A DNA stretch of 56,439 bases, filler included, from Dugesia japonica (GCA_001938525.1; 5 parts of 5 records of this genome joined end to end with filler, not necessarily neighbours in it); one strand, 5' to 3'; shown: positions 36,331-50,400, counted from the first letter of the whole stretch. The notes: generated by a model from the letters alone, not told the origin. Numbers and translations: made by a program.

Positions 36331-38432
36331 GATAGCATGGTTACCTCAGCGAAATTCATAGCAATCACTAACCACTACAATATAGTTGTTATTGCTAATG
36401 AAGTGCAGAGGAGAAGTAATATTAGCATATGATTGTGACGGGATGCAAGTGGGAAAAGAGGTATTTTCCTTAATTTAAACAGAGGAATGTCCTGATGTAA
36501 ACCCCGAAAATATATCTCTCCAAAATAACTCAGTTTATCATTTGTCAGGAATTGGATTACTATAAAGCTCAAGTTCGTGAGTGTATAGTAACAGTGAAAA
36601 CTTTCATATTTCATTGGTGATACTACAGTTACACCTCTATAATCAATCTCGGAACAGTAAAACATTCCGTACATTTAACTGGACAACAGTGTGACGAAGG
36701 ATTCACAACGGGAAAAATTATAGTCAAACACTGAACTCAAATAGTCGCCAAAAACGGATACGTAATTTACCAGCCTATAAAAGCAGCTGGAAGCATATCC
36801 TGACATAAATGTAATTGTGAATATGGCACATATACAATAAGAGAAAAAGTATGGCAATATACAGTGGCTATACAGACCTTCATCGTGGAACTCAAAGAAT
36901 ATGAGGCTTTCTTCGACGCACAACATCTGAGCATGAAAGGAATGTCATACTGTAAGGTGGTGGATAGATCGTGTAATACGGGCACGTCAACATTGACATA
37001 CAAAGTAGATCATCAGGATTGCAAATTAGCCTACTTAAAAGAAGCTGTGTTTAACGAATACCAAGGTCAACGCGCAATGATACCAGCTGTAGAAACCCCA
37101 AAGTGGGATAAAATTGAAGAAAAGATTGAAGATATGAAAAAACAGATGAAAGCCGGTTTCCAGTCACATGATTACAATTGGCAAACTACGCCCACAGTAT
37201 TAATGTCTTCAGCGCAAGACGAAACAATACCTCTCATAAAAGGGGACACAATATTAAAGTGCGGCTAAATAGTATACAATACAAATTATAAAGAAATATT
37301 CGTTTGGGAGCACAAAATAAAAACAGCGCAAGCGGCGGTAATGTCACAAGACATAAAATTACATCTGTATACCAATAATAAAATTGACAATCTATTCCAT
37401 AGGACGCATGATTCTATCAAAGGAATGTACCATGATCTAATACAAAACGATTGTGCATTAAACAAGGAGATATTAAAAACAAATTTGGCTATGGCGGTTA
37501 CTAATCCAGATAGTGTAACCCCACTATTGCCACTCAAAAAATGACAATTCGACCTAGTAGTAGGCGAAGTTATGTACCCATACAAATGTCAAGTCATAGA
37601 TGCAGAAATCTTATCCAACTCTAATCAATGTTATAACGAACTCGAGATTATACATAAAAACGAGAAGCGTTACGTACAACCAATTACCAGGATAATATAA
37701 CCATTGGGATATAAACCAAATATTATAAACTGCTTTAATGTATTTGGACCTCAATATGTAATGGCCGACGGAACATGGATAAGATATTAACAATGGATGG
37801 CAGTGGGAATCGCACCCCAAAAGTTCTCGATGTTACGATTAAACGGAGGGATGAAATTCCCTCCAATCGATGTAAGTAAAGGGAGTATTTACAGCAGGGA
37901 AGTTATAGATAAAGCAAAGGAGTACATGTTATTTCCGGTCAGAAGGATGCAGATTCTGTCAAACATTGTACAGTTAACCAGCGGAGCAAACGTAGATGGG
38001 CGTATTGACTACGACGCACTATTGTCAACCGATCATTTCCAGAAAGCTACTGAAAACGTTATGAAGAAAATGTGGGGAAGATTCATAGTATTTGGTCAAG
38101 CCATGGCAGGATTGTTGGGAGTTATGCTGATAATCTCCGTAGCATGAATGGTGATCACGCAACTATTCGCTTGTTTTGAAATTTGCAAAAGGGAAAAGAA
38201 ATTAAATTGGAAAATAGTAACATGGATATTCCCATTCTTAGCCAAAACGATGGTGCTCAACAGCCATTCTAAAAATATCGACAGGGTAAAACGATTCATT
38301 CGCAAGCTCGGGCAAATAAGAGGTTCAGATAAGGAGGTTGTAATGCAACTTCAGCTATTATGCGAAGAAATGGGTAATAGTAAAAAGAAAATATCTTACT
38401 TCGATCAATTTAAAGAACGGTTTAAAAATTGA
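36330..38432 (+). pseudogene. Chuvirus-like (class III fusion) envelope glycoprotein remnant
   Basis: AYDC at ~36426, ..VRECIV.., NDCALNKEILKTNLAMAVTNP, VGEVMYPYKC..QCYNEL..PITRII, GSIYSREVIDKAKEYMLFP and TM segment WGRFIVFGQAMAGLLGVMLII follow the chuvirus G motif order. Confidence 0.82.
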
Positions 38433-38950
38433 AGTGATAGCAGAAGCAGCAGCGATGATGACAGAGGAGAAAGCAGTGGATTACTTAATGCCCCTAGTTA
38501 TAAAACTGCCATGGAATATGAAGCAGAGTTCAAAAGAGAGCAATATATAAAAACCAGTAAAATGCAACAATTTAAAAATGCCTTGCGGTTTTGAGGAAAT
38601 GAAAACAAGCCGGCACCAGCTCAAATGTATAACAACGCCTAACCTCAACATGGTTGGCAACAAGTGAATTAACAACCACAACCAATATGGNNNNNNNNNN
38701 NNNNNNNNNNNNNNNNNNNNNNNNNNNNNNNNNNTTAATTAATTAANNNNNNNNNNNNNNNNNNNNNNNNNNNNNNNNNNNNNNNNNNNNGCGATACTTT
38801 TCAAAATTAAGCTCAATGTAATTCGTACATGGTACTATGCGCAATAATCATATTTTATTTTAATCAAGGAACATCAAGAAAATTAAGTAAATCGAACTTC
38901 CAAAATGAAGATTTCAAAATTGATATGAGGAAACATCTATTACACTTACT

Positions 38951-39312
38951 CAGAGATGGGGAACCTGAGGCTTCTAGGCCGCATGTGGAATTCTTGAGTT
39001 TTTTTGCGTTATCTCCGTAAAAGCTAGTTCCTGTATTAATTGATATTTGATTTAATGTACAAATATCTCACTGAATTAAATTTAATTAGTTTTCTATTGT
39101 GTTTCTTTATAATAAATTTATTTCAAAATACTTCTACTTCATTATTTCTATTTGAAGTGGTATTTAAATATGAAAATAGTTGCTTATTTATAAAAATAAC
39201 TACACAAAAATTGAAATAACTTCAAAAAAGTGACATTTAAACTAATGCGGCCTCCTTCCTTATAGTCTGATTTAAATGTAGCCTCGAGGAGTAAAAATGT
39301 TCCCTATATATG
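38951..39312. mobile_element. hAT (Charlie-like) MITE
   Basis: TIRs CAGAGATGGGGAACC / TGTTCCCTATATATG with an 8-bp TSD CACTTACT / CACTAACT (7/8 match). Confidence 0.8.
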
Positions 39313-40169
39313 CACTAACTAATAAAAACGTCATGAAATTTTCTGAGAGAATTTTTATGATTTGATATTTAAAAATCTAGCGAAAGTTTTAAGTAATATT
39401 CCCACTACTAAATAACTAAAACCCAGTGTCGTGAGTGCTTTCGAGATTTTGATTTAATTATAATTATGTTCATATTCCGTCAAAATGCTTCTCAAATTCG
39501 ATGCTGTGTAAGTATCATAATTTTAAGCAATGATCGGTGTTTTTCATTATACTAATTATAAATAAACATGCAAAATTATTTTTTACTTTTACTAGAGATA
39601 TTTCATTTGTAAGCATGAGTAACCATTTTGGACATTGTTGGCGCAAAGCATTTACCTAAGTGAATACATCTACTTTTTAATTCAATACGCAACGAAAAAT
39701 CAGTTATGTAGAACAAACCACATTTTTAATTTTAATAATAACGAAACAGCAGTAATTAATTTAATGTTCATTTACTATAATTGACCAATAGGTTGCATTA
39801 CAATACCTGAAGTAATTTACATGTCTAAAGTCATCTAAATTGCATAGATAAGTGTATAAATCCAATTAATTAGTGCAATTAATATTATTTTTATACCAAA
39901 ATTTTTCATATTTGTCTATGTACCTATTTTTACATAAAATCGGTATTAAACAATTAAGTCTTTCAAAAATTCAAATTAAGCACCTAAAATTAAGGAGAAA
40001 TCCTCATTTCAAATATATATGATCTAATTCTATTATTTATCGAACGTTTACAAAGTACCTCGTTAAACAGAAATTAATTTTTATATAAAATTTTAAATCT
40101 AATTAATATACATTTGAAACTACTTTAATTCTAAATACAGAAAAACTTTATTATAACAAATTACAGTAA

Positions 40170-40598
40170 TTAATAACGATATTTTGTTGAGTAATCTTTG
40201 GGTGAAACAACGAGACCACGACCTTTTCGTGCACCTCTAAAAACTGTTTCAATAATATCAATCATTTCTTGGTCATGTTCAATTGGCCAATTGATTTTAT
40301 TATTGTTTCCAGTACCCAAATCAATCATAATATGTCTGTTTCTGTAGAAAAACATGACGGTGCACGGATCATACAACTCATACATTTTATTAAAATCGGG
40401 TACTTCGGTAACATCAACCAAATAAAACACTGCAAAATTCTTGACTTTTTCTGCAATTTTAAACAATGTTTCATCCATAACCATACATTGCGGATCCCAA
40501 TCATGACCAAACCTGATCACTACAACTCTATCTTCTTCCGATAAAATTGCTTGATCAACTTGCCAACCATTCGATAAATGAGGTAGCATATACGACAT
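40170..40598 (-). CDS. TXNL4A: Thioredoxin-like protein 4A / Dim1 (U5 snRNP component)
   Basis: 142-aa ORF MSYMLPHL.NGWQVDQAILSEEDRVVVIRFGHDWDP...GRGLVVSPKDYSTKYRY. The CDS is intronless; a 51-nt intron (40672-40622) is probable in the 5' UTR. Confidence 0.99.
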   Translation of the reverse strand: MSYMLPHLSNGWQVDQAILSEEDRVVVIRFGHDWDPQCMVMDETLFKIAEKVKNFAVFYLVDVTEVPDFNKMYELYDPCTVMFFYRNRHIMIDLGTGNNNKINWPIEHDQEMIDIIETVFRGARKGRGLVVSPKDYSTKYRY

Positions 40599-43326
40599 TT
40601 TCTGTTATTATCAGTTACTTTCTACAAAAAATTTAGTGAAACATTAAGTAAAAATTATATATTTGAAATTACCTTTATAAAATAAAAAAATAAAAATAAT
40701 CGAAATTGGTAATTTAATAAAATAACAATAAAATTTTCAAAATATAAATTATTTAAACAAACTATTTTGTCAAATATAAGTTTTCAAAACACGGAAATCA
40801 AAATTGTTTCTTTCTACTTTACTATATTATTGAATATTTTGAAAGATATTATTTGATAAGTGATCAATAATTATTAAAGGAAAAACATATTATATTGATA
40901 AAAGTTTGAAATGCAGATTTTCAAGTTAATTTCTAGGAATTTTGAATAATCGAATTACTCAAAAAACTTTATACCGTCGAAAATTAAAGTAAATTTGTAC
41001 AAATATGTCTTGTGATTTCATCAACATATATAAAAAACAAAATAAACTCAATGGCTGCTTTGTTATTTTTTCTCTTATATATTAATTTCTTGATGATCAC
41101 CATTTTGTTATGCTTCGCTATTTCTTGATAATTTAAATATTATTGTAATTGTGGCTATCATCTATCTTTCACCATTTTTTAATTTAATTGCTATTATTTT
41201 TATTTAATTATTTCATTCTTTTCGTAATTATATTTTTTCTTTTAAATAAAAATAATTAATTTTCGAATTTAAGATATCAATAGTATTACTTTTTAATTAT
41301 ATTTTATAATTTTTTTTTATTTTAAGGATTTTGTTGTTTTTTCATTGTTTTATTAAATCTTGTAATACCCATGACATGACTAAGGTTTTAAGAGCCCCGG
41401 ACAAACTCATCATTTATGATTTTTCTCTCGTTGCATATTTTTAAAATTAACATAAATTTCAAAACTTTTGTAATACTAGTCATCATCTAAAGTAGAATAT
41501 TAAATCATTGAGTGTACAATTGATCAGCTTTGTAAATATACTAAATGATAGATATTACCCTTAACTATATTGATTAAAATCGTTGTCTGGCAGTGCTTAA
41601 TAATATTGAAGCTCGATAGTACGACTACTACGTATTAAATATCTTCAAAATTAAAAAAGAAAAACTTGTTTATTATTTATAATTGTCAAATTAATATTGT
41701 GTTTTTCATTTTAAAATTATATTAGTAAAAAATTATAATTAGTAAAAAAGATTGAATTATTAAATTCTTTTGTTAATTAAGAAGAACAACGTTTAATGAT
41801 GTTTACTCTTGATAACCAATTTACCTCGCTTTGTAGCAATAGATCTGTGTAATTACACTCCGTTTCAACTAAAAAATTTTAAAATTTGATATGATTCAAA
41901 GCTTTAGCTATATAAAACCTGATAATTTAAAATTTCAGACTTGTTGGTTGAATATTTTTATATACATTCTGATAATAATGTCATCCACTGTTTTATTAGA
42001 CAATGGTAACGTTTTATATTTTTTTAGAATAAGTGCCTTGTTCTTAAAAATCAGGAAAAGCTCTTCAGATGAATTTATAAAACATTTTATGTATTTGCTG
42101 TCTGTGTATGGTCTTCATTCCTGTTAGATCTTGTGGGTAGAAATAACGATTAACTATTTAATCTGACTCCAAATTTTTAATAAGAAAATTATTTACGCGT
42201 AAGATATTATATTATAATAATTGAATATGATAATAACAATAAATAACTGAGAGAATACGTTATCTTATAAAAAAACTTTATTTCAATAAATCAAATATAT
42301 ATAAACCAAAATTTATAAAAATTACAATAAATATCAAGGCGATTGATTTTACGGATTGAGCAAAACTGATCCTATATAATTTTAATTGAAGGATAAATAC
42401 CGGTATTACAATACCGTCCTGATAAGTTATGAATGGTGGGCCTAAATTTCCTCACCACACGTGTTACTTCAAGATGTGAATTTTAATTGATTTTATAACA
42501 GATCACAGATAATATATCAGTGCTTGAACCAACTGTATTATTATCTGACAAAATTCAAAAATTTTAAAAGAAACAAATAATAAGCTAAACAGATTTATAT
42601 TTGTTCTAAAAATCCAAAAATTATTACCTTTACTGCTAGTAATTAGCTCTTTTAAATTTTACTGCTATTTAAAGGAACTGCTAAATTAGCTAAAATTTAT
42701 GTCTGAAAACTACTGATTTTCAATCAGTATTTATACTAAATTTAATGAGCATGTGTGTTAATACGCATAAGAAAAAATTAAGGAAAAATATTCATTATCA
42801 GTAAATATAGTAATGATTTATTTCTCGATTAAGAAATACAAGTGAACAAAAATATTGATTAATTTCTTATTATTTGGGTTACTAAATTTAGTAATNNNNN
42901 AAAATTCTTTTTATTAAATTGAATGACCTTGAAATTTTTAATAGATTGATAAGTTTAAACAAACAGAAATTTTCTGAATTAAATTAATAAATTAAATAAA
43001 AATTTTATAAATAAATTTATAAACTAGATAAATCAATGTAAGCCTAACTTACAACCCTAACTTTCCTATGAAATTTCATGATAAATCACAAAACTAGTAA
43101 TATTACTGTTGGTTGCGTTTTGAAAACTCATCGAAGCATTTACATCAGAATTCAAATTCATTACAACGATTTATTAATACAAAAAACTTTAACTTCATTA
43201 TTTGGTTAAACAAACAAATTAAAATTCATGCTTCAATCGGGAATTATTTTCTTATAAATTTAAAATTTTAAATTAAAACTTTATTTAAAATACTTCGAAA
43301 AATTAAGTAAATAATTATCTTTTTAA

Positions 43327-43457
43327 GAGCGATGTTGAATCCGTCAACTGAACATTAATTTTAGGATTTAATGCCCTTATCAACAAAGCTTCGCACTCTG
43401 TTGATAAGGGCAATAAATCCTAAAATTAATGTTCAGTTGACGGATTCAACATCGCTC
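43327..43457. mobile_element. 131-bp foldback MITE with TTAA target duplication (Kolobok-like termini)
   Basis: ~58-bp near-perfect inverted arms flanked by TTAA (43323-26, 43458-61); termini GAG...CTC. Confidence 0.75.
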
Positions 43458-44329
43458 TTAAAACTATTTTATTGAAATTTTTTATTGAGATTGCACAATT
43501 GAAATTAAATAATTATCTGTTATCGAAATTTTATTTACTTTTGACTTTTAAAAATTTTAAAATAAAACATCATTCGCAACTAAAATATTTAATTTTTGCT
43601 TTTACAAATTTTAAAATTAAACATCAATTGCTACTAAAATATTTAATTTTTAATTTCTTTATAAGTTTGTGATTTCCAATTCATCAAATAAGAGATTTTT
43701 TTAAAAAATTAATTTCTAATCAAGCACAAAAATTTCAACTGCCTTTAAAACCGCTCACAATTACCAATATTTAAAAGTGCTTTAAGAAATAAACGCAAAA
43801 CTAAATTATTTTTACTTTTCTTAAGTTTTAAACGCTTTTCTACCGATAGAATATTTAGCAATAAATGATGTAAAGTGTCTATCCAAATTTAAATTCTTAT
43901 TTCACCAATTTTTCTAGATAAATAAAACAGGTCTGTAGGCCATTTAAATTTCAAAGAAACGCAAAAGTCTCAGTCTAAACAACTTTAAAATCACGATTTT
44001 CATCTTCTGTCTTTTTTTTTAGACGGGTCAAACTGGTTACATACAAAAATTATTTTTTTAAATAATAAAGCTACTAGCTCAAAATAATAACAATTTTTAA
44101 TGGATGAAAAATCTCTTTGTAGGATTTACAGTCTATTGAGGATATGCAAATAACGTTGTGCTTTGAGGAGGCATTTTTGGTACAAGGGTGCAGTTTGAAC
44201 ATGTGCTGAACATGAACGGTTTGGTGACATTCAACCGCTTCACAGTTAATCACCGACACTTAAACACTGACATTTAATCACTCGAAATTTACTCATCAAC
44301 AGTTAAACCAAGAAACCCCAAATAAATAA

Positions 44330-45852
44330 TGTTGGGGTGAAATACCTGAAAATAGAAAATATACCAGCGATAGGTAAACTCGAAATTCAAAAGAATGTCA
44401 CAAGAACGAAAACGAAGAATACAGACAAAAGAAAGAATCAGACCAGTTACCAAAAGGAATAATTAAAGAACACACCGAAATTAAGAAACTGAATATGGAG
44501 GATGATCCGTAACCCATTAAGTCACAAAAAGAGAAAAGAAATGCTAGAAGACACAAACAGACTGAGAGAACAAAGAAAGTACAATTAATAACGGAAGGAA
44601 GTAATTCATTAACTGACAGAAAAAAGTTGAAGAAAATGAATAATCAACGTACAGAAAATAAATTAAATGAATTAATTAGTAGAAGAAAACAGCGAAATTA
44701 AATTAANNNNNNNNNNNNNNNNNNNNNNNNNNNNNNNNNNNNNNNNNNNNNNNNNNNNNNNNNNNNNTTTATTTAAATAAAATAAATCATATGAATTAAA
44801 ATGATTTATTTTGAAGTAGAAAATAAATTATTTGTCAAAAATAAGAAAAATGAAGGTTTTCGCTTGAGTTAAAATTGGCAGATAGAAAATTATGGACAAA
44901 CAAATAGGTGAATTCAAAAATACAAGTTAGAAAATCGTAACAAGATCCAGAAAGAAGTTATAAGGGTTTGAAGATTGACCTATAATTGTAGATCCCAAAA
45001 TAACCACCAATAAAAAATACTCATGTGACGATCAAGCCAATAAAAACGTTAGAAAAATCATACAACTCTTGTTGACCAATAGAAAGAACGAGGGTGTATC
45101 TGAAAACCGGTACAAATACCGATGAAATTTTCATCAAATTTAACTCAAAAACAATCTTAATCAATCTTTGTTATTGGAAATTTACTGAAATTGAGAATCT
45201 TAACGGTAATGTTTTATCCATATGAAGTTTGGAAGCAACGATTTTCGATTTGAACCGAATATGGAAAATTATGGTGGACCCCTTGAATCAATAATATCCA
45301 CCGAGCAAATGAAAATTCAAATATTGTGCTTGATCCGGATCGGAATCCAGACCACGTTAGTTTTATTGATTGTCCTAATTATTAAATTGATGTATAACAA
45401 GTGAAAGCTTTGGTAATTGAATATATTTTTCACTTGTTAAATTCTTTTGTTCTTTATAACTGTAAAAATATATGTTATTGATTTTTAAACTAAAATTAGT
45501 AATTAAACGAACTCAGCTAAATATGCACAACCACGAATTAGAAAAAATTATAGTTATTTAGGATTCAACTAACTGATAGAATAAAATCTAATAAATGATT
45601 CATAAACTGAAATTTAATACGTTAATGATTGATAGTAATAAGTGTCTCTAAAATTGAGCGAGAATCATAAAATATGAACCCGAACTAAAAGAATGTGAGC
45701 ACGAACTCAAACTACGGGTTGCGAGTCAACGGCTCCACTCCGAAGATCAGGATTTTTGGGGAGACCAAATTAAATTCTTCGCGGAGTTTTATTAGGCCGA
45801 CCACCCTAGACTTAATCTTAAAAAATCAGCCCACCTAGATAAAACCCCAAAA
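44330..45852 (+). mobile_element. Solo long LTR (family copy 3, ~1.5 kb)
   Basis: Starts TGTTGGGG and ends CCCCAAAA (CCCCAACA in copy 2). Flanks ATAA/ATAC form a possible 4-bp TSD. The 3' ~750 bp is homologous to 1-666. Confidence 0.7.
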
Positions 45853-46812
45853 ATACTTACGTGAAACTAATTATATATTTAATTTATTAAAAATAAATAA
45901 CGCCATTTAAAAAATAAAATTTCATTGTTATGCATTTTGAAGAATCAACAGTCATCAGCAGACAAAAATGATAAAATGAGTTTCTTCAGTGTATATTATT
46001 TAAACAGAGATTCAAGCAATTATACTGAATATAAGAGTACTACAATCATAATTCTTAATGTTTTAAATTTTAACAATTTTTCCAATAAAAAATTAACTTT
46101 TATTCTACTAAATATTTTTTTATAATATTTTTTCGAAATTACAATTTTAAAACCTACAAAATCAAAAAAACTAAAAAAACGTTTTTCAAATATTTTAAAA
46201 TTTTTTAATTTTAAAATGTATTAAAATTTTTGAAAAAACCTATATAATAATTGCAAAATTATTTTGAAAATATAGAATACAAACTTATATAAATTATTTG
46301 TTGGGCTAGAACGCAAGCGCCTTAGAAAGGACAAAAAAATGTTACAATTGTAATAAATATGGACATATAGAAAGATTATGTAGAAATAAGCAAAGTGACT
46401 AAACGGAGTATTTTAAAAATATGTACCATACAGTTCAGATAAAAAGGAAACTAATTCAATTGAAATAGTAAGAAATAAAGCTTACGAAAATATGAGAATT
46501 AAAAGTAGAAGATTTAAGTCCTGTAGATAATGTATAGACAGTTTTTAATTCATACTTAAATGAAATTAATTCTGAGCTCATACGATCAATATAGGCTGAG
46601 AAATTTCTAAACCAAAGTAAAAGTGGTTTAGTGCACTAGTACATTTTCTAAGAGAAGTAAGCATATTCTTATAACAAATTCTATAAAACCAATAAAGAAC
46701 TTTTAATTCTAAGAATATTGATAGCAATTTCAACATTATACGATAATTTTTCACTTAGAAATAAATTATTAAAATCTTTTATTAAAAACTTTAACCTCGA
46801 TTTTCTTATAGA

Positions 46813-46865
46813 ACATAGTTTCCCAACCTGGGGGTCACGAAGGGTTTTTTGAGGGGTCGCCAATT
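46813..46865. mobile_element. hAT terminal fragment
   Basis: CATAGTTTCCCAACCTGGGGTCACG..GGGGTCGCC resembles Charlie-type hAT termini. Confidence 0.5.
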
Positions 46866-47078
46866 TATACGGTCAACTAAAAAAATATTCAACTAAAATG
46901 CTACTTTATTTTTAATGGTCTCTTGAAGTTTGAAGATTTTCATATGTATTTTTAAAATTAAAATAAGTGTAATCTAGGNNNNNNNNNNNNNNNNNNNNNN
47001 NNNNNNNNNNNNNNNNNNNNNNTTAATTAATTAANNNNNNNNNNNNNNNNNNNNNNNNNNNNNNNNNNNNNNNNNNNN

Positions 47079-47275
47079 TGATGATAGTATGGGCTTGCAA
47101 AGGTTTGATTTATTTTAAGAACTTTACAAAATTCTTCCATAAAATTGTTTTTAAACTGACTTCGATTGTCGGGGTGAATAATTTTTGTAACGTTTCTTGG
47201 GGCTCCCATCTGATATTTATATTCAAGTGTTCTTTGTTTTTTCCTTTCTTGGAGTAGCATTTCTAGCAATTGCAC
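47079..47275 (-). mobile_element. Retroelement integrase core fragment
   Basis: IIHPDNRSQFKNNFMEEFCKVLKINQTFASPYYH (rve domain). Confidence 0.8.
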
Positions 47276-47277
47276 CT

Positions 47278-47278
<1 letters not shown>

Positions 47279-47347
<69 letters not shown>

Positions 47348-47397
47348 NNNNNNNNNNNNNNNNNNNNNNNNNNNNNNNNNNNNNNNNNNNNNNNNNN

Positions 47398-47429
<32 letters not shown>

Positions 47430-47445
47430 GTATTAGTATTATTAT
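47279..47445. repeat. (TAT)n microsatellite
   Basis: Pure TAT array with an internal N gap. Confidence 0.97.
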
Positions 47446-47449
47446 TTTA

Positions 47450-50400
47450 GTTATCATTTTTTACCTGATTCATGGCATATATTCCTTTTTCTATATCCTT
47501 TTCCAATAAATATCTATATTTTAGAATTTTCCATTCACTTAATCTCTCGAATTCGTTTTGATGATATCTGTGCTCCGGAATAGCATTCATAATTCTTTCG
47601 GAAATTAGATATCTACAATCATACAGATATGTGTCCATGTTGTTGGCGAGAATTGTGTTCAGGTTGAACGGGTATTTGTTGTTCGTTACTGGTTGCTAGT
47701 TTGTTATTCTTTGAATATTATCTCTCTCCTCCTCTATTTTATTTTCAATACTCACACGTTGTATCTCTTCTATAGAATTCGAGTGACCATTATCAAAACG
47801 TTTAATTTCAGTGATCCATCTTTTAAATAATTTATTTATTACTTGTCTCGATCTGATGCCTTTAAAATGGATTAACATGGTATATCTTGAGAAGACATCT
47901 ATTACTCTTAAAATATATCTATATCCTTCACATTATGTCAATGGTCCGGTGATATCTATGTATATTTTTTCAAATGCCTCATTAGCTACAAAATATTTCT
48001 CAGGAATGCGGTTTGAAATCATTCCATTTTTTCTATTTATGCATGGAATGCAATTTTCAATACAAGTTTTTATCTCTTTACTCATATTCTTCCAGTCATA
48101 ATAATTCTGAATTAATTCCTTTTATTTTATAAATCCTGGATCGCCCATATTGTTATGATAATATTCCATTATTTCCTTTTTCTTTGAGACGTAAAATCAT
48201 TTTTTAAAACTTGAATAATTGGCTTCTCATCATTTTCTTTTTCGATGAGTTTCACATTTCTTCGTTTTTTGGTTCATTATGTCTGAGTTCACATTGTTCA
48301 CATTCCAGTCGACTCATATAGTCTGGGTTTGTGTGTAATGAGCCAGGTCGGTGTTCAATATCAGAATCATAATCCTCTAATTCTGTGATCCAAGTAAAAA
48401 TATTGTGATTTATTTGAGGTTTCCCAACTTTTTAGCCACAATAAAGCTTTATGATCAGTTCTTATTTTGAAACTTCTTCCCAATAAATAATGCCTAAATT
48501 TTTTCACGAAAACATAGATTGCTAATAATTCCTTACGAGTAACACAATATTTCAATTCTGAATTTGTCAGCTTCTTCGACGTATATGCGATAACTTTTTC
48601 ATCTCCATTTTGAACTTGGCTTAAGATTTCTACAACATGACTGTGACTTGCATCTGTGTATAATGTAAACATACCTTCTTTCAGAGGATACGCTAGAACT
48701 GGGCTATTGTTAGACATTCCTGTATCATTTTAAATGCTTCTTTTCTTTCAGCATCCCAAATTATTTGTTTTTTGCTGTATTTCCCATTTATTTTTTGTCT
48801 GTCTTGTTTCAGTATAGTTTCTAAAGGTTGAATGACATACACGAAATCTTTTATAAATTTTTTATAATAGTTACAAAAAGCTATAAATGAATGTAGATAT
48901 GAGTAACACCGTGGACTGTTGCTAGGGCTGAACTCAGGCTAAATGGAATTACATTAAATTCATACTGCCCTCTCGTAGTATAGAATGCTGTTTTTTGTTT
49001 ATCCTCCTCATTTACTTCGACAGTATAATATCCGTTAGATAAGTCTAAAACGCTAAATATCTTTGCTCTACCCAGTGCATCAAAAAGCTGAAAAGTTTCT
49101 GGAATTGGATATATTGGTCTGATTGTGACTAGGTTTAACTGCCGTTAATCGACACATAATCTAATGTCACCATTGGCTTTAGAGATACACTCTAAAGGTG
49201 CATTCCATGGGCTTTCACTTTTCCTGATTATCTCTTTTTTCAATAAATCTGCAACTAAATTATCAACTTTTACCTCAAGTCCTATCGGTATTCGTCTAGA
49301 TGGAACAGCGGTCGGCGCTTCGATCAAAATTTGTTTTTTAATTCTATATTTCGAGTTAGTCTTAATAAGGAATTGACTTTTTGTTAGCCTATTTTAATAT
49401 TAATCTTTTAACATTTTTTATGATCTAAAGTAATGTCATCTTCCTTTTCGATTCGATCAATCAATCCGTTTACTTGCGACATCCCTAACTTGCTTGAATA
49501 AATATTTCTGATGAACTCGTTTTTTCTTCCCAGATTTATAAATTACCCATTCTTGTGCATTTATAAATTATTTTTTCGGAATCTGATAAATTGTAAAGTT
49601 TTATATGAATCTTTCCGTCTTTGTCAACCGACACTATCGAGTTAGCTGACAAGATATCTAAATTTGCTAGTTTATCTTTAAAACCTACAAAGATTCCTTC
49701 TTTAATTCTGAATTCATCACGGCCAACTGATCCACGTACAACATATTCTTTATGCTTTTTCAAAACAACAGTTTCGTCCAAAATGATACGTAAAGAGCAA
49801 TAATGAGTCTCGTTTTGTATAGCACCTGTATCGTGACTCCTAAGATTGGTGCTTATTAGTTTTCCGTTCCTTCATCAAACTTTTGGTACAAATGGTATAG
49901 CTTGATTCATGATATATATGCAGTCATCCTGTGGCACAATCTGTATTCTGTATGTTTTCATCAATTTAATTCCAATGATAATCTTTGGGAAAACGTTTTC
50001 CACCACTTTAAATTCTAGTGCCAATTCTTTTTCTCCAATTACTATTTCAACTTTCGCAACCCCCATGATTTTCATGGGCGATCCATTTGCAAAGTACATT
50101 TTTTCTGTTCTTTTGAAAAATTTAATCCGTTTATTATTTTTTCTCAATTTACATAATAAATTATAATCCATTACATTTGATTCTGCCTTACTATCTATTA
50201 GTGTCGCTACCCCTTTTTGTTTTATTCTCACTTGGACCAATGTCTTATTTTGAGCGAATTCTGAGTGATTCTCTGAAATCAGTGTTTTTGCTTTATTTTT
50301 AAACTTTAGTCTGGCTCCTTGAATGTCGATGTATTGAACTGAATTCATAACTTCTTTAGTATAACAATTATTTTTTATTACTTTTTTTGGTTTCACGTTT

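Noticed and set aside
45100-45130. Hammerhead-ribozyme-like CTGAAAA-CCGGTA-CAAA-TACCGAT-GAAA
   Set aside because: It lacks the CUGANGA core. The homologous site at 21-55 has lost CTGA but keeps the peptide KTGxxTDExFIK, so coding constraint explains it better.
47197-47509. Poly-Leu, poly-Tyr and poly-Ile ORFs
   Set aside because: These are translations of the (TAT)n microsatellite and N gap.
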